Source of the DNA: the human T2T-CHM13v2.0 reference genome, Homo sapiens
DNA length: 64,000 bases
Strand: one strand, 5' to 3'
NCBI RefSeq assembly: GCF_009914755.1
Contig: NC_060934.1
The notes beneath the pieces were generated by a model. It was not told the origin of the DNA, searched no databases, and was given only the letters and a program-made list of their open reading frames with translations. The position numbers and the translations under genes are program-made. Every line of letters begins with the position of its first letter. Position 1 is the first letter of the stretch. Below are positions 41,469 to 55,760 of the stretch, piece after piece.

Positions 41469-42299
41469 TTCTTATCTTACATGGTAAAGCTGATTGAAAT
41501 TGGATAAATCTGTTTAAAGATTTTATGAAAATTAAGTTTTATATTAATAACACACTGATCCATGGGAAAATTTTCTTTTTTTTTCCTTTGGACAAGATTT
41601 TAGGATAGTATTAATAAGAAATGGTAAAACATTTTATTTGCCTTTCGAGTAAACTACAAAAACAGAAAGGGGAGAGAAAGTGAAAGATTCTGTTTTTCTT
41701 TCATGCTGTCTTTATTCAGTTTTTTTGGATTGTTTGGAAAACTGAGTCTCCTCTCAAATCGTAAGGGTTTTTGCTTTATTGAATCTTTAAATAATAGCTT
41801 AAGCTAAAATGAATGACTTACTTTACATTGACCTATGATCCAATTTTGATCAAGTATTTTAAATCTTTAATACTTGACAAACTTCCCAAAATCACATTCC
41901 AGCTTTTAAATTAAGTCTTTTTCACTTCAAACTAACTTTTGGCTATTAGGGCTCCTGGAGGTCCAAATAGGGCCCTGGAAGTCTAAGGGAGACATATTAG
42001 TCTTATTTGCTACATTAAAATCTTATGGAAAGCATTGTCAAATAATGAAGGATGTTTAACTTCCTTTGAGTTATAGTTGCATAGATATGTTATTAATATA
42101 TGCTCCAAAAGTGCATGGAATTCCAACAAATTTAATATGTCTTGATATATGCAGTAAATTGCTTTATTCTGTGGCCCTTTACTAAAAGCTTTTTGCAAAT
42201 CCTAAAGTGTTGTGTCTTCAAGGAAATTTATGAAAGGACCCTGACAAGTATTCTGGAATACAGGTTTCTGATAACTTTGGAAATCATATGATTGAACTA

Positions 42300-43569
42300 T
42301 TAGGTGAGTGTGAAAGTAATTGCGGTTTTTGCATTGTTGGAATTGGCTGTTTGATATTGAAATACATTCTTAAATAAATGTGGTTATGTTATACATCATT
42401 TTAATGGGCATTTCTTGCTTTATGTGTTTTTGCTAATGACTTATTTCTTGCTGTTTATTTTATTTTATTTTAGACTGTGGGAATGACATTAGACAAAAAG
42501 CAAATTCAAGCAATTTTCTTGTTTAAGTTCAAAAGGGGTCGTAAAGCAGCGGAGACAACTTGCAACATCAACGCATTTGGCCCAGGAGCTTCTAACGAAC
42601 ATACAGTGCAGTGGTGGTTCAAGAAGTTTTGCAAAAAAGATGAGAGCCTTGAAGATGAGGAGCATAGTGGCCTGCCGTCAGAAGCGAACAATAACCAACT
42701 GAGAACAGTTACCAAAGCTGATCCTTTTAGAACTACACAAGAATTTGCTGAAGAACCCAACGTTGACTATTTTATGGTCATTCAGCGTTTAAAGCAAATT
42801 GGAAAGGTGAAAAAGCTCGATAAGTGGGTGCGTCATGAGCTGAGCAAAAATTTAAAAAATCATTGAAGGGTTGTTTTCTCTTATTCTATGCAAGAACAAT
42901 GAGCCATTTATCAATTGGATTGTAAAGGGCAATGAAAAGTGGATTTTATGTGACAAACAGCAATGACCAGCTCAGTGGCTGGACTGAGAAGAAGCTCCAA
43001 AGCACTTCCCAGGGTCAAACTTGCATCAAAAAAAGGTCATGGTCACTGTTTGGTGGTCTGCTGCTGGTCTGATCCACTACAGCTTTCTGAATCCTGGTGA
43101 AACCATTGTATCTGAGAAGTATGCTCAGCAAATCGATGAGATGCACAGAAAACTGCAATGCCTGTAGCTGGCATTGGTCAACAGACAGGTCCCAATTCTT
43201 CTCCAATAACACCTGACCACACGTCGCACAACCAATGCTCCAAAAGTTCAATGAGTTGGGCTACAAAGTTTTGCCTCATCCACCATATTCGCCTGACCTC
43301 TGGCCAACCAACCACCACTTCTTCAGGCATCTCAAAAACTTTTTGCAGGGAAAATGCCTCCACAACCAGTAGGATGCAGAAAATGCTTTCCAAGAATTCA
43401 AATCCTGAAGCATGAATTTTTATGCTACACGAATAAACACATATTTCTCGTTGGCAAAAATGTGTTGATTGTAATGGTTCCTATTTTGATTAGTAAAGAT
43501 GTGTTTAAGCCTAGTTTTAATGACTTAAAATTCATGGTCCAAAACCGCAATTACTTTTGCACCAACCTA
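42300..43569 (+). mobile_element. Near full-length Hsmar1 (mariner) DNA transposon
   Basis: Left TIR TTAGGTGAGTGTGAAAGTAATTGCGGTTTT after TA (42298-42299); right TIR AAAACCGCAATTACTTTTGCACCAACCTA (43541-43569); transposase remnant in between. Confidence 0.95.
42477..43493 (+). pseudogene. Hsmar1 transposase pseudogene; N-terminal 129 codons open
   Basis: LDKKQIQAIFLF...TVQWWFKKF...KKLDKWVRHELS matches Hsmar1/SETMAR; frameshift and stops follow; catalytic aspartates lost (TCDEKW reads KGNEKW, PTDYH reads PTNH). Confidence 0.93.
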
Positions 43570-44316
43570 CTTCCAGCACTCTCATAAAAAATTGATGTGT
43601 TCATGAAGATTGCTAACCCATAGTCAAGCAGAACAATAATTAATTACATGAGACTGAACTGATAAACTGAAATAGTATCTTATGACTTCTTGTTTGAAAC
43701 ATTGCTGATTATTTTAATATTTAATATTTCGTTTTCCAGAGTAAAGAAAACTTTTTTTGAGCTATTGATAGCTTACAGCAATTGAGTAAAGTATATGTTT
43801 GTGAGCAAAATTAAAACACTTTTTTTTCTCTCTACCCGAATTCTCTAGAATACAGAAAGTATTTATTAGTATTGCCATTTTCTGGCAATATAGTTATTTG
43901 CGTAAGTTCAATGAGAATAGTGTTTTTAAAAATTTTTTTGTAACCTGAGACATAGAAAACTTTCTTTTATCAAGATTTTGAATAGAATGGCTAATTTTCA
44001 GATATAATCAAGCTGCTTTGAGGGATCGAAGTTGACTTTATAAAGCCAATAGAGTTGGAAAAAGGCTGGTCTGATACTTTATCTACGTGGTTCCCTTACA
44101 AGAATCCTGACCTTGCATTGCAATAAGAAAACAATATTAGTCTCTGACAGGCCCAGGAAACTCAAGATATTTTGAGACCTTTAGAAGAGGGAAATTCACC
44201 TAATTTGCACAAGTACTATAGATCCAGTCTGATGATGAATCCCTGGCTTGGTTTCCTAGCTGCAAGAGACTTTTAAAGTTATGATCTGAAATTCCTGATG
44301 AACAAGTTCCAACTAA

Positions 44317-44655
<339 letters not shown>

Positions 44656-45387
44656 TCAATAACTTTTCTTGCTAAACTTTCTGTAAGTAATCAGGCCAAG
44701 TGTAATAAAGACTAAAACTTATTTTACAAACCAATTGCTTCTACTATTATCTGTATTTAGTAAAATTAGAGAGAATGGAGAGAGAAAAAATTATGTTTCA
44801 ATAAGACACCTCTTACTAGACTCTAGTTCTGACTATTGTTTTTGAGTTTTTATTATTCATTTACAATTTAAACTGAATCCTGAATTATTTCTTGGGTACA
44901 AGTCTGTAAAGAAGAACTCAGATTTATTTTTTTCATGACATTTTTAGTTGGAATTGTTTTTTGTTATTGTTAATTTTTGTTGCTGTTGTTCTGGCACACA
45001 AATTCTTTCTTTAATTATAATCCTTGTGTACATTATATTTCTACTTTCAAATTTTTTATGCTATGTATCTCCCATTGTTTTACTTATTCCAAGAAAATCA
45101 TGGTATTCCAAAGATTAGTGAGGATTCAACAAGCAACACCAGCTACATAAATCAGTGACTTGACTAAAGACTCATTTTTTCGCCACTCAGTGATGCCATG
45201 CCAATTCAGCTTTTGGGTGCTCTTAAAATTTGTCACAGAGCTCCTTCCCTCTGACGTGGTACAGGACTATTGAAGAAAAAGCCTCTTTGGTGACAAAGGA
45301 CCTATTGACACTCACACTCTGATTGTTAATGCTATTAAAAAATTTTTTTGATCAAAAGGGAAGAATGAGAAAGAAAAGGAACTTTTT

Positions 45388-45492
45388 TAAAAAATTTATT
45401 TTTATTTTTTATTTTTGTGACAAAGTCTTGCTCGACGTGTCGCCCAGGCTGGAGTGCAATGGCGCGACTCGGCTCACTGCAAGATCTGCCTC
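45388..45492 (-). mobile_element. Severely 5'-truncated Alu (3' ~70 nt plus tail)
   Basis: T-rich tail followed by ...cgcccaggctggagtgcaatggcgcgactcggctcactgcaag; 15-bp TSD gaaaag(g/a)aacttttt. Confidence 0.88.
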
Positions 45493-45818
45493 TGAAAAGA
45501 AACTTTTTATCTGAGGAATGTGAATCCCCTTTAATTATCAAGTCCAGAGAGGAATTGAAATGCAACAGCAGTCACATTTCACTCCTCACTTGTGCTAGAT
45601 AATTACAACTTGAAACCATTTCTAGGTGGGCTCTAGACTAACTGATGCCAAATCACCATAAAATGCCATCAGTTGGTCACAATAACTCATAGCCTTTAGT
45701 TCAACAGTGTATAGCTAAATACTCAACAATGTGAATTCTATAAACCAGTGAAAATTCCTGTCAAACAACTTTGTATCAGCCCACTCTTTATCCCCCTTTT
45801 ACCTTTAAAAATATGCTT

Positions 45819-46126
<308 letters not shown>

Positions 46127-47249
46127 TCAAAGGCTGAAAGGAGCACTCCCCAATGCAACTTGGAAGTATGACCTAGGAAGCTGTCCTCACCCTTGGCCCA
46201 AATGAACTCTCTATGTTAATTTTGCCTCAGTTTCCTATTTTAGACTGACAGTATTGTTTCCAAAGACAAGATCACTATTTAATTTTTTATATTTGTTTAT
46301 CTAATCACGATTTACAAGTGTATTTACATATAAAAGTTTTTAAGATTATTTTTCTAATATTATTTATTTGATTTATGTGTTTAGTATGTGCCTGTTTGTG
46401 TGTCTGTGTTTATCTGACTGACTTGCCAAATTTTTATGTATTTTACTGGGCTTTAAAAATAAAAACTTTAAGCCTTATTCATAAATTTTTTTGTCATTAA
46501 TTTCTGATGTTATAATTATTATGTGTTTTTCTTCTATCTTATTTGAGCTTATTTTACTTTTTTCTTATTTTTTTTAAAATTAAATGCTGCTTTCCTGGTT
46601 CTACTTCTAGAAGACAATAGACAAAAGGTGCCAAATGAGGATGAGTATTTTTTAAGGTGTCTGATAATGATTAAATTACAAAATGTCTGGGGACTCTGAG
46701 AAAAAAAAGAGCACACCTTACATAACAGCCAGGTTTTCCTTGTGGCCAGATTCCAGGCTTCTTATAACAGGTTTCAATAGATGCTAAGTTCTCACCAATA
46801 TCACAGATCAGATTAGACATTCTCCAGAGCAAGAATAAATAAGGGGAGGAGTGGATTAGAACCCCTGTAATATCTGCAACTGTATGGGGGAGAAATGTGT
46901 TTCCCAAGATTATCAGGAAAATAACTTCACCCCAGATGATTTATATCTTTTTATAATCCTGTTGAGTTAATTACGAAGACGGTGGTCATCCAGGCTTATG
47001 CGAATACTTCTAGAGGAACATACAAAATGGTCTTTTTTCATACACCGTGTCCCCCTTATCAGATTTTAACTGCTTATCACCAGATCAGGCATGTCCTTTC
47101 AGCTATACATTCATATATAGATATGTACACAACAAATTTTTAAGCGGAGGTGAACTTATATTGATGAAATTATTTCATATGAATTTTTCTGCAATATACT
47201 TTTTTTTCTCATTTAAGAGTGTGACTTAAGGTCTTTCTAGCGGTGGATA

Positions 47250-48200
47250 TAAGCCCATATATATTTTATATAATTTTGTTATAAAAGTGTATTTTCTGGG
47301 TATAAAATAATTAGGTATATCACATTTCTACTGACAACATTTAGATTACTTTCCAATTTTGGATATTATAATCAATGAAACAGTAAACATTCTGGCATAC
47401 AAATTTTAATATACTTGTGTAGTTAATAATAATGGGCAAATTCTTCCTAAAAGCTGCCACCAATTGACTTGTCTTCCAATAGCCTGTGAGAGTACCCATT
47501 ATTCTGAATCCTCACCAACACTTCCTATATCCTATGTTTTTTTAGACTGCCATTCAGATGCCCTGAAAACTTGACACCTAGTCTCTATTTAAAAATGTTT
47601 TCTTGTCTACTTGTAGAAATAGCATTAACATATTTATTTGTCATTCTATAACTCCATTTTTGGGATTTTTCCATGTTGTGCCTTGTCTTTTTTTTCACCA
47701 ACTTTTAGGATCTTTTGTTTTAGACACCAATCTAGTGTTGCATATATAAGTTGCCAAAAATATAAGCACAGCTTATTTTTCAACTTTATGGCTATTTTTG
47801 TCATACAGTATGGGTAATATAGTCAATTCTGTCCATCTTTTGCCTTAATTCTGCACGGTTTGTATCTTGTTCAAGGATTTCTTAACTCTCTCTGTTATAA
47901 TCTTTACGATCTATTGGCCTATGTTTTCTATTGAAATTTTGATTTTTTTTCATGTGCAGGTATTTAATTCACATACAATATTTTGAAAATATGGTATTAT
48001 ATGGGTTATTTATTATGATTACTCTTTTGTATAATCACAACATTTGTTAAATGTTTACTTTTATACAAGCCAAATTCCCACATATATGTGAGATTCTCTG
48101 ACTTTCTTCTGCTATTTTATTTTGTTGGTAGTAATTTGTATTTCTGTCCTACTCTTGAAGTACTAATATAAGAGTGTGGTTATTATATAACTAACTCCTA
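47250..48200 (-). mobile_element. Highly diverged old L1M
   Basis: ttacttt ccaatttt...cctcaccaacactt...tgttttctattg; boundaries approximate. Confidence 0.5.
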
Positions 48201-49398
48201 AAATTTGTTAGGATATGTGTACCCTTACCCACTTCAGAAAGGCCAGAGAGAAAAATGAAAATTTTTCCAAAGAACTTTCCTTACAGCCAAGGAGGTGGTC
48301 TTCACAAAGCCTGTCCAGCTAAGTTTCACAGTCCTGTGGTCAAGTGACTTGTCTTTTCACAATAGACATGTTTGTTATGGATTTTCTCAGCTTTCTCCAC
48401 CATTGTGTATGAGACAGAGCAGATAACATACTGTTTTTAGTCATAAGTCACTGGCCCATTGGGAGTTACAAGCAAACCTGATGCAGAGGAAGAAGAATCC
48501 TCTGGAAATCCTGGACTTTGAACTAGATTCAATGATTGAATAAGCATTTGGGTTATCTGCTTAAACAGGAGGAAGGATAAAGTGAATATTTCATGAGGAG
48601 AAGGGTAAGATGGATCAGATAAAATGCTATGCATTCATTATTGCACCTTTATTAGTTTACCTGGGTGCAGAGCTACACTACATTTCTCATTCTTCTTTGA
48701 AATTTGTTGTGACTTTCTACTCCATATATCTGTTCTACTAGTTGTTACATTAACCTTTAAGCAAATGCATTTATGCTTAGAGCTTCTGATCAATGTCAAA
48801 ACTGTATTGCTAACCATATCCCATGCTCAGGTGCCCAAGAACAAAAATCCTGGTATGATCTCAATACTTCTCTTCCTTCTGAACTCTAATTTTTTGTGGA
48901 TAGAATACTTACTTAACAGGCGGATTACATTCCATAGTTGTGACTGTTTAGAGTAAATTAGTTCTGTCATACATATTCTCCACGTACTAAGATTTATTTC
49001 TCAATTTGCAGGGGGTATGTTAATGAAAACATTTTTGTAAAAAAAGAAATGTAGTCAATATATCTTCTTTACATTGATGTCTAAAAAATTTATTTTTCCT
49101 TGTATTTGGACTAAAGTTTGGATATGGATAGGATTTTTCAGTTCAAAATCCATCATTCTTCCTTGTTATGTTCTAGAATCCAGCGCTTTAGGCGAGAAGT
49201 TAGTTGTCATTCTAAATCTTACAAGGATGTTGTCTATGGTGGATCTAACCTCCATGTCTTCTGCTTTGTGTCTTTTAATTCTTATTGCTTTGACTGTTTA
49301 AACTGTACATTGAAATACGTATTTTAGTTTTATTTTCCACATCACTAAATAACATTTATGCAAGACAATTCTGTTATCTAACTTTGTATTGTTGTAAC

Positions 49399-49690
49399 TT
49401 TTTTTTTTGAGACGGAGTCTCAATCCCTCACCCAGGCTGGAGTGCAGTGGCATGATCTCGGGCTCAGTGCAAGCTCCACCTCCCGGGTTCACACCATTCT
49501 CCTGCCTCAGCCTCCAGAGTAGCTGGGACTACAGGCGCCTGCGACCACGCCCGGCTAATTTTTTGTATTTTTAGTAGAGACGAGGTTTCACCATGTTAAC
49601 CAGGATGGTCTCGATCTCCTGACCTCGTGATCCACCCGCCTTGGCCTCCCAAAGTGCTAGGATTACAGGCATGAGCCACTGCACCCGGCT
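49399..49690 (-). mobile_element. AluY
   Basis: Antisense dimer with AluY diagnostics (gcaagctcc, ccattctcc, ggtctcgatctcc); TSD tattgttgtaactttt. Confidence 0.93.
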
Positions 49691-51488
49691 ATATTGTTGT
49701 AACTTTTAATCTTAGTTTTCATGTTTTTATTTTCTATTTTTCAGAACATCCTTTAATCTACATGAAAATATGAACACAAAATATTTAAAATCTTTTTGTG
49801 GTCAATACTAACTCTGATTCCCCTGGTCTTAGTTCTCCTGTTAATTCTGATTTTCTTTGATTTCTCCCTTTCATGATATTAGTTATTTTTAATAGCTAAT
49901 GTTTGATGTTTGACGATTTTTTTTTACTTGCTCATTTGCATGTATTGAGGAGCTTATACATTCAGCTGTGATCATTGTCCATGGGAATTTTCTTGGCACA
50001 CGTGACAATTTTTTTATTGAATGTTGAGGCCACTATGTCCAGTGGGCAGGAAGGTGCAAGCAGGTAGGTTTCACCTTGAAGGTGCCTAGGAGCCTATCTG
50101 GACAACTTGGTAGCCCTGTTCTCCACAGCCAGAGCCCAAAGTCACCCCGTTACTGGAACTCTGGCAGAATTCCCACAGCCTATAGGAAAGAAGTTCTGCA
50201 GACTTTATCCAGTTAAAAAATGTAACAAACAGCAAGCCTGAGAGCAGGGGGCTTCAGCAGCTATTCTATAATCCTCTAATTAATAACATAGGGAAAAAAC
50301 TAATGCTCTGCTCTTCACTTTTGCTATGATCTTTCTTGTTTTTAAGGTATTCTTTTGAAAACGCTTAATTTTTTAGAGGTTCTCTCTTTTGTTTTTTATA
50401 CATTTCACAGTTCCTCAGCTATATGAGGTTTGGGGAATGAATATCATTTCATTAGCTAAATATCTTTTGGAAACATTCTATGTTACTTTGCTTTTGATGG
50501 CATTCTTCCTAAAATTTTAGCATTGCTTCTTGTTTTTATTTCTATTTCAGAGTAATTTTGTGATTTTCATGAGAGTTTGAGAAAAACCAGAGGAAAATAT
50601 TTATGCTCAGTGAGTCATTTTGAATGAGAACTCAGGTTCCTTTTCTTTCCTTTCAATTTTTACATTCGAGGTTCACCATTACCAGCCCTGGTTAGATCTC
50701 TTTAATCAAGATTCTTGAAGTGAAGCCTCAATCTTCAACTCAATGAATTTTTTTTGCCTTATTGATTACTTATTCAACTGTTCTGCAGTTTTGTTTTCTT
50801 GAAAGTGTGTGCCTTTATGCATAAATATGCAGAAATACTGTCTTCATAGATTCTATCCTTAAACTGATCTTTGCTTCCTTTCTGCTAAGCTGTTTGATTT
50901 TTTACAAATCAGATTTTGAATCCATTATTTGTTTTCTACAGTTTCCAACCTGATATCTTCTCCCTTCCTTGACTTTATGCTTTTTGATCATGTGAATTTT
51001 CATTTGAAAACAAGATTATCTAATTATTTTTTTTCTTTTCACACCTTTAAATGCATATCTTGATAAATACATGAAGTGAAGTATCTCTTCAAAGTGTTCT
51101 GTTTTCTTAGAATAAATTTGTTTTAGAAGGAAACATTTGATCTTATTTCTCAGTTTCTTATAATTCTGTGATATTTTATTTTTCTGTTTGCCCTCCCTCA
51201 TGAAAGAAGGATCTGTATGTTAGTCTAATATTGAGTATGAAGATGGACATGGTTTAAGAACAGGCAGAATTTTGTTCTGATTTCTAGGGCTGGATGCCTG
51301 AGAGGAGCAGGTTGAGACTTGCTGAACTTGTCATTTGTGAAGAGTTGTATAGTGGTCTGAGCACACAAGACGGATCAAGAGATATGCACCTGTCCACCTG
51401 TACAATTAGAGAGCTTTACCTCTCTTCTGAAGGTTTTTTTTCATTTTCTTTTCTTCTTATTTTCTTTTTTTGTGATAGCTTAAGAATA

Positions 51489-51832
51489 TAGTCTGTTCTC
51501 TGTATCCATGCATGGATTCCACATCCTTATATTCAACCAACCCCGGACCAAAAATATTTGGAAAAAGTGGATGGTTGCATCTGCATTGAAGATGTAAAGA
51601 CTTCTTTTCTTGTCATTATTCCTTAAACAATGCAGTATAGCCACTATTCACATACCATTTACATTGTATTAAGTATTATAAGTAATCTAGAGATGACTTA
51701 AACTATACAGGAATATGTGTATAGGTTATATGCAAATACTAAACCATTTTATGTCAGGGACTTAAGCATCATGGATTTTGGTATCTGCAGGGGTCATGGA
51801 TCCAATTCCCCATAGATATCGAGGGACAACTG
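51489..51832. mobile_element. MER2 (TcMar-Tigger MITE)
   Basis: ctctgtatccatg...gtattataagtaatctagagatga...gatatcgagggacaactg; terminal inverted repeats. Confidence 0.88.
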
Positions 51833-52276
51833 TGTCTGGATTAGGGGATCTTTCCTGTAAAGAGACAGAGCCTCCCTCATTAGACACTCATTTGAGCAGT
51901 ACCACCTCTATTTCCTGCAGCGTCCTAGGAATAGATCTGCTGTGCTGGTTACCACTGGCACTGGTAGGGCTGCATTTGCATTTTACCAGTTATGTCATGG
52001 CCAAAAGTTGCCTTCAGGCTCTGCTCCTTGAGATTTGGCATTGATGTTGGGATTTTGCTGGAGGCCTTCTGCCCACTCCCAAGCATAGGCAGCTCTGTAA
52101 GAGTCCTCAGCCTTTTATTTTATCCAGTGTTCTGGGTGTAGTTCATAGTCTTTGAATTTTTGTTTTGCCTTTGGGTGCCATGCTTCCTTAGTTTCAAGTG
52201 GTGATACATGTTTCTCTCAATCCCATTTTTCACCCTTCATTTTGATGACGTTGTTAAAGGGACAAGTTTAATGTGT

Positions 52277-52598
<322 letters not shown>

Positions 52599-53179
52599 AT
52601 GTGTGGTTTTAAATTGCCATTTGAACTGAAAGCCCTACTGATTCTATGTTCAGTCACATCATCTCTGCTCTCTTTGATTCTTTAAGATGGATTTTAATTC
52701 TTTTTTTGTTGTTTGAATTCCTTGAAAGTCCTTTGATCATACACCTGCCTGTAAATTTCACCCTCTTCATTCCTTATCTCATGCTATTGAATTTCCATCT
52801 CTGTCTTTCATTTGCTTAAGGCTTTCTGCACTGGTTTCATGGAGGATGTGCCTCCTATTTTACTGACAATATCAAACTCTTTTTGATGTTTTATTCTTAT
52901 TCTGCTCAACAATTTCCATCTCATTCCCTGTGCCTTGCTGCTCAGAGTCTTGGGGTTGTGTTCTTTTTGTTTCACTGTTTAGTGTGTGTCCCTTGCTGTG
53001 TTTTTTTTTTTTTTCTCTTTGATAACTGTTAAGGTCACCATCTAACTTATCACTTATAATGAGACAATTTTGAAAGACAAAGAGGTACCTAAATGATAAA
53101 ATTATATAATATAGATATGATAAAAATATCTATGTATTAATGGATAGATTGGTTTTATTATACTAGGAACTTATAAAGT

Positions 53180-53590
53180 AATTTGAATGCAAAAATCTTA
53201 AGAAAAATATTAGCAAATCAAATTCAATGAGATATTAAGAAAATAATATGTCATGAACAGGTAAGGTTTACCTGGATCTGTAATGCTTATTTCACATTTA
53301 AAGATCAATCAATATTACTTACACATACATAAAAAGAAAAAAGAAAAATCATATGATCACTGTGATATATGTAGAGAAAGCATTTAATATTCTCTACCCA
53401 TTCATGTTTCTAAAAATTAGTAAACTACCATGTGTATCTCCAAAATATCAGAGTAAAAAGCATATTCATTTTTGAAATATTGATTTTTTTCATTTAAGAT
53501 ACAAAATAAGACCAAAATGCAAAATGCCCTATCTCCTTGCTGCTATTCAACTCTATGCTAGAATTCCTAGCCAGTGCAATCAAGACAAAG
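53180..53590 (+). mobile_element. Ancient L1 ORF2 (RT region) fragment
   Basis: atgcaaaaatcttaagaaaaatattagcaaatcaaattca...aatcatatgatca...gagaaagcattt resembles the RT-coding part of the L1 at 15620-15830. Confidence 0.7.
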
Positions 53591-53827
53591 TACTAACTTT
53601 AATATATTTTAATGCTTCTCTAGGGATTTTTGTCTTCTTACCTGCAGTGAGAAAAAGTACTATGACCCCACAGTAAAAAGTAAATGTTATAGGTGTAAGT
53701 TACAGGTCCATCACCAAATTTTGTAAGAGATGGAATTTCAATACCCTTGTTTAAATGAAATGTGCCCTTACATTTGTTAGTTCACAACTGCCAAAGAGCT
53801 TACTACAAAATTAAAAACAGCCAAAAA

Positions 53828-54189
<362 letters not shown>

Positions 54190-54589
54190 TTAGATTTAAA
54201 CATATAATAAATAAATTCACAGTAGCATCAACACTCAGTACTCCCTTCATATGACAGGACTCAGCCTTATTTTCCATGTCTATTTTATGTACAATTTACC
54301 ACATTTCCTTCTAACTCTTCCAACTGACAGGCTAACAATTTTATGTTTTTGACAGAATGCAAAAAGGAATCACCATGGATTGGTACACCAAGTGGCTAGT
54401 GGTGACAGCCGTGTCAAATGTCTGAGACCAAAAGGAATTAGATGAACTTGGCCACTCCTCTTGAGCACAATTTATTTTATCAACAAAAATAAAGCTTCCT
54501 GCATGCAGTCTGAAAGGGAGAGTGTAGTTAAATTCTGCCTGGGGAGAGTCAGGAATGTAAGTTTGAATGTAATGTGTTGATATTCCTTG

Positions 54590-55760
54590 GTTGCTTGCAA
54601 ACTTTTTATCTTTTTATTGGGTTTTGCAATTCGATACGACGTGCCTAAGTGTGGTTCTCATTAAATGTACGACGTTCAGTGTTTGCTCAGCTGCTTGAAT
54701 CTGTGTTTTTGAACAAATTTGGGAGGTTTTTGGATATTATTTTTTAAACATTTTTCTCTCCCTTTCTCTATTCTTCTTTTCTGGGACTCTAATTTTCTGG
54801 ACCTTTGGAAGCTGTGCCCATGACACACACATTCTCTTTAACTTACTATTCTTTATTTTTTTCTACTTTTCTTTAGATTGTATGATTTATATTGATCTAT
54901 TTTTTTGGGTTTACTTGTTTCTTTCTTCCCATTGCTACACTGTTATTAAAACCATCTGTTGAAAATATTATTCTAGGTATTGTATTTTACAGATTTAGAA
55001 TGTCCAATATGTTATTTTTTATATTACCTATTTTTTTTGCAGAGATTTGTTATCTTTTCAGTTATTCTAAGTGTGTTATCAGTGTATGATCCTTCATTTT
55101 GGCGAGCATATTTGTAATAGGCTCTTTAACATCCTTATCTTATATTTCTAGCATCTGCATCATTGCAAGGTTGGCATCTGTTGCTTATCTTTTTCCTTGT
55201 TCTTCATATGCTAACTTTGGATTGCATCCTGGACATTTTAAATGTTATGTTGCATGGATTCTTACATTGCCTCAAAGATTGTTGATTTTTTAAAGTAGGC
55301 AATTAACTTGTTAGACTCAAATCCAACTGACCATACCTGCAGTGAATGGTGCTCCAAATGTCACTTCAGTTCTTTAAGCTTGAGTTCAAGCAGCTTTCAG
55401 TTTGGCTCTCATACGCATGGTTTAGAAGCCAGTCACAGACTTTTATAAAGTTTATGCACAGAATTAGAAGTTTCATAATTTTGCTTCTATTTTACTCTCT
55501 TATTTCTAGTGTTTCTCCTTCATGCTCTGGTAGCCTCAGTAGTTCCAAGGCTTTGCTCACTGGACAGGAAAACTAGTGAATATATGTACATAAAGAAAAG
55601 AAAAGTGGTGGAGGAACTCAGTATCTGCTAGATACTTTCTTTAAACTCTAACTTCTCCCCAAATACTGGGTGCTTTTGTTCAGTCTCCAGAACCCTCAAA
55701 AGAAGTTTTTGCTTTTTCCTTTTGTTTTGTTTTTAAGCTAACTCAGAATTCTTAGCTATT
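54590..55760 (-). mobile_element. Old L1M 5'/ORF1-region fragment
   Basis: gcttgaatctgtg...aaatttgggaggtttttggatattatt...ttctgggactctaatt. Confidence 0.55.

Noticed and set aside
42477-43493. SETMAR gene or an active transposase
   Set aside because: No SET-domain exons are in the window, both TIRs flank the ORF as in a free transposon copy, and the catalytic domain has stops, frameshifts and lost aspartates.
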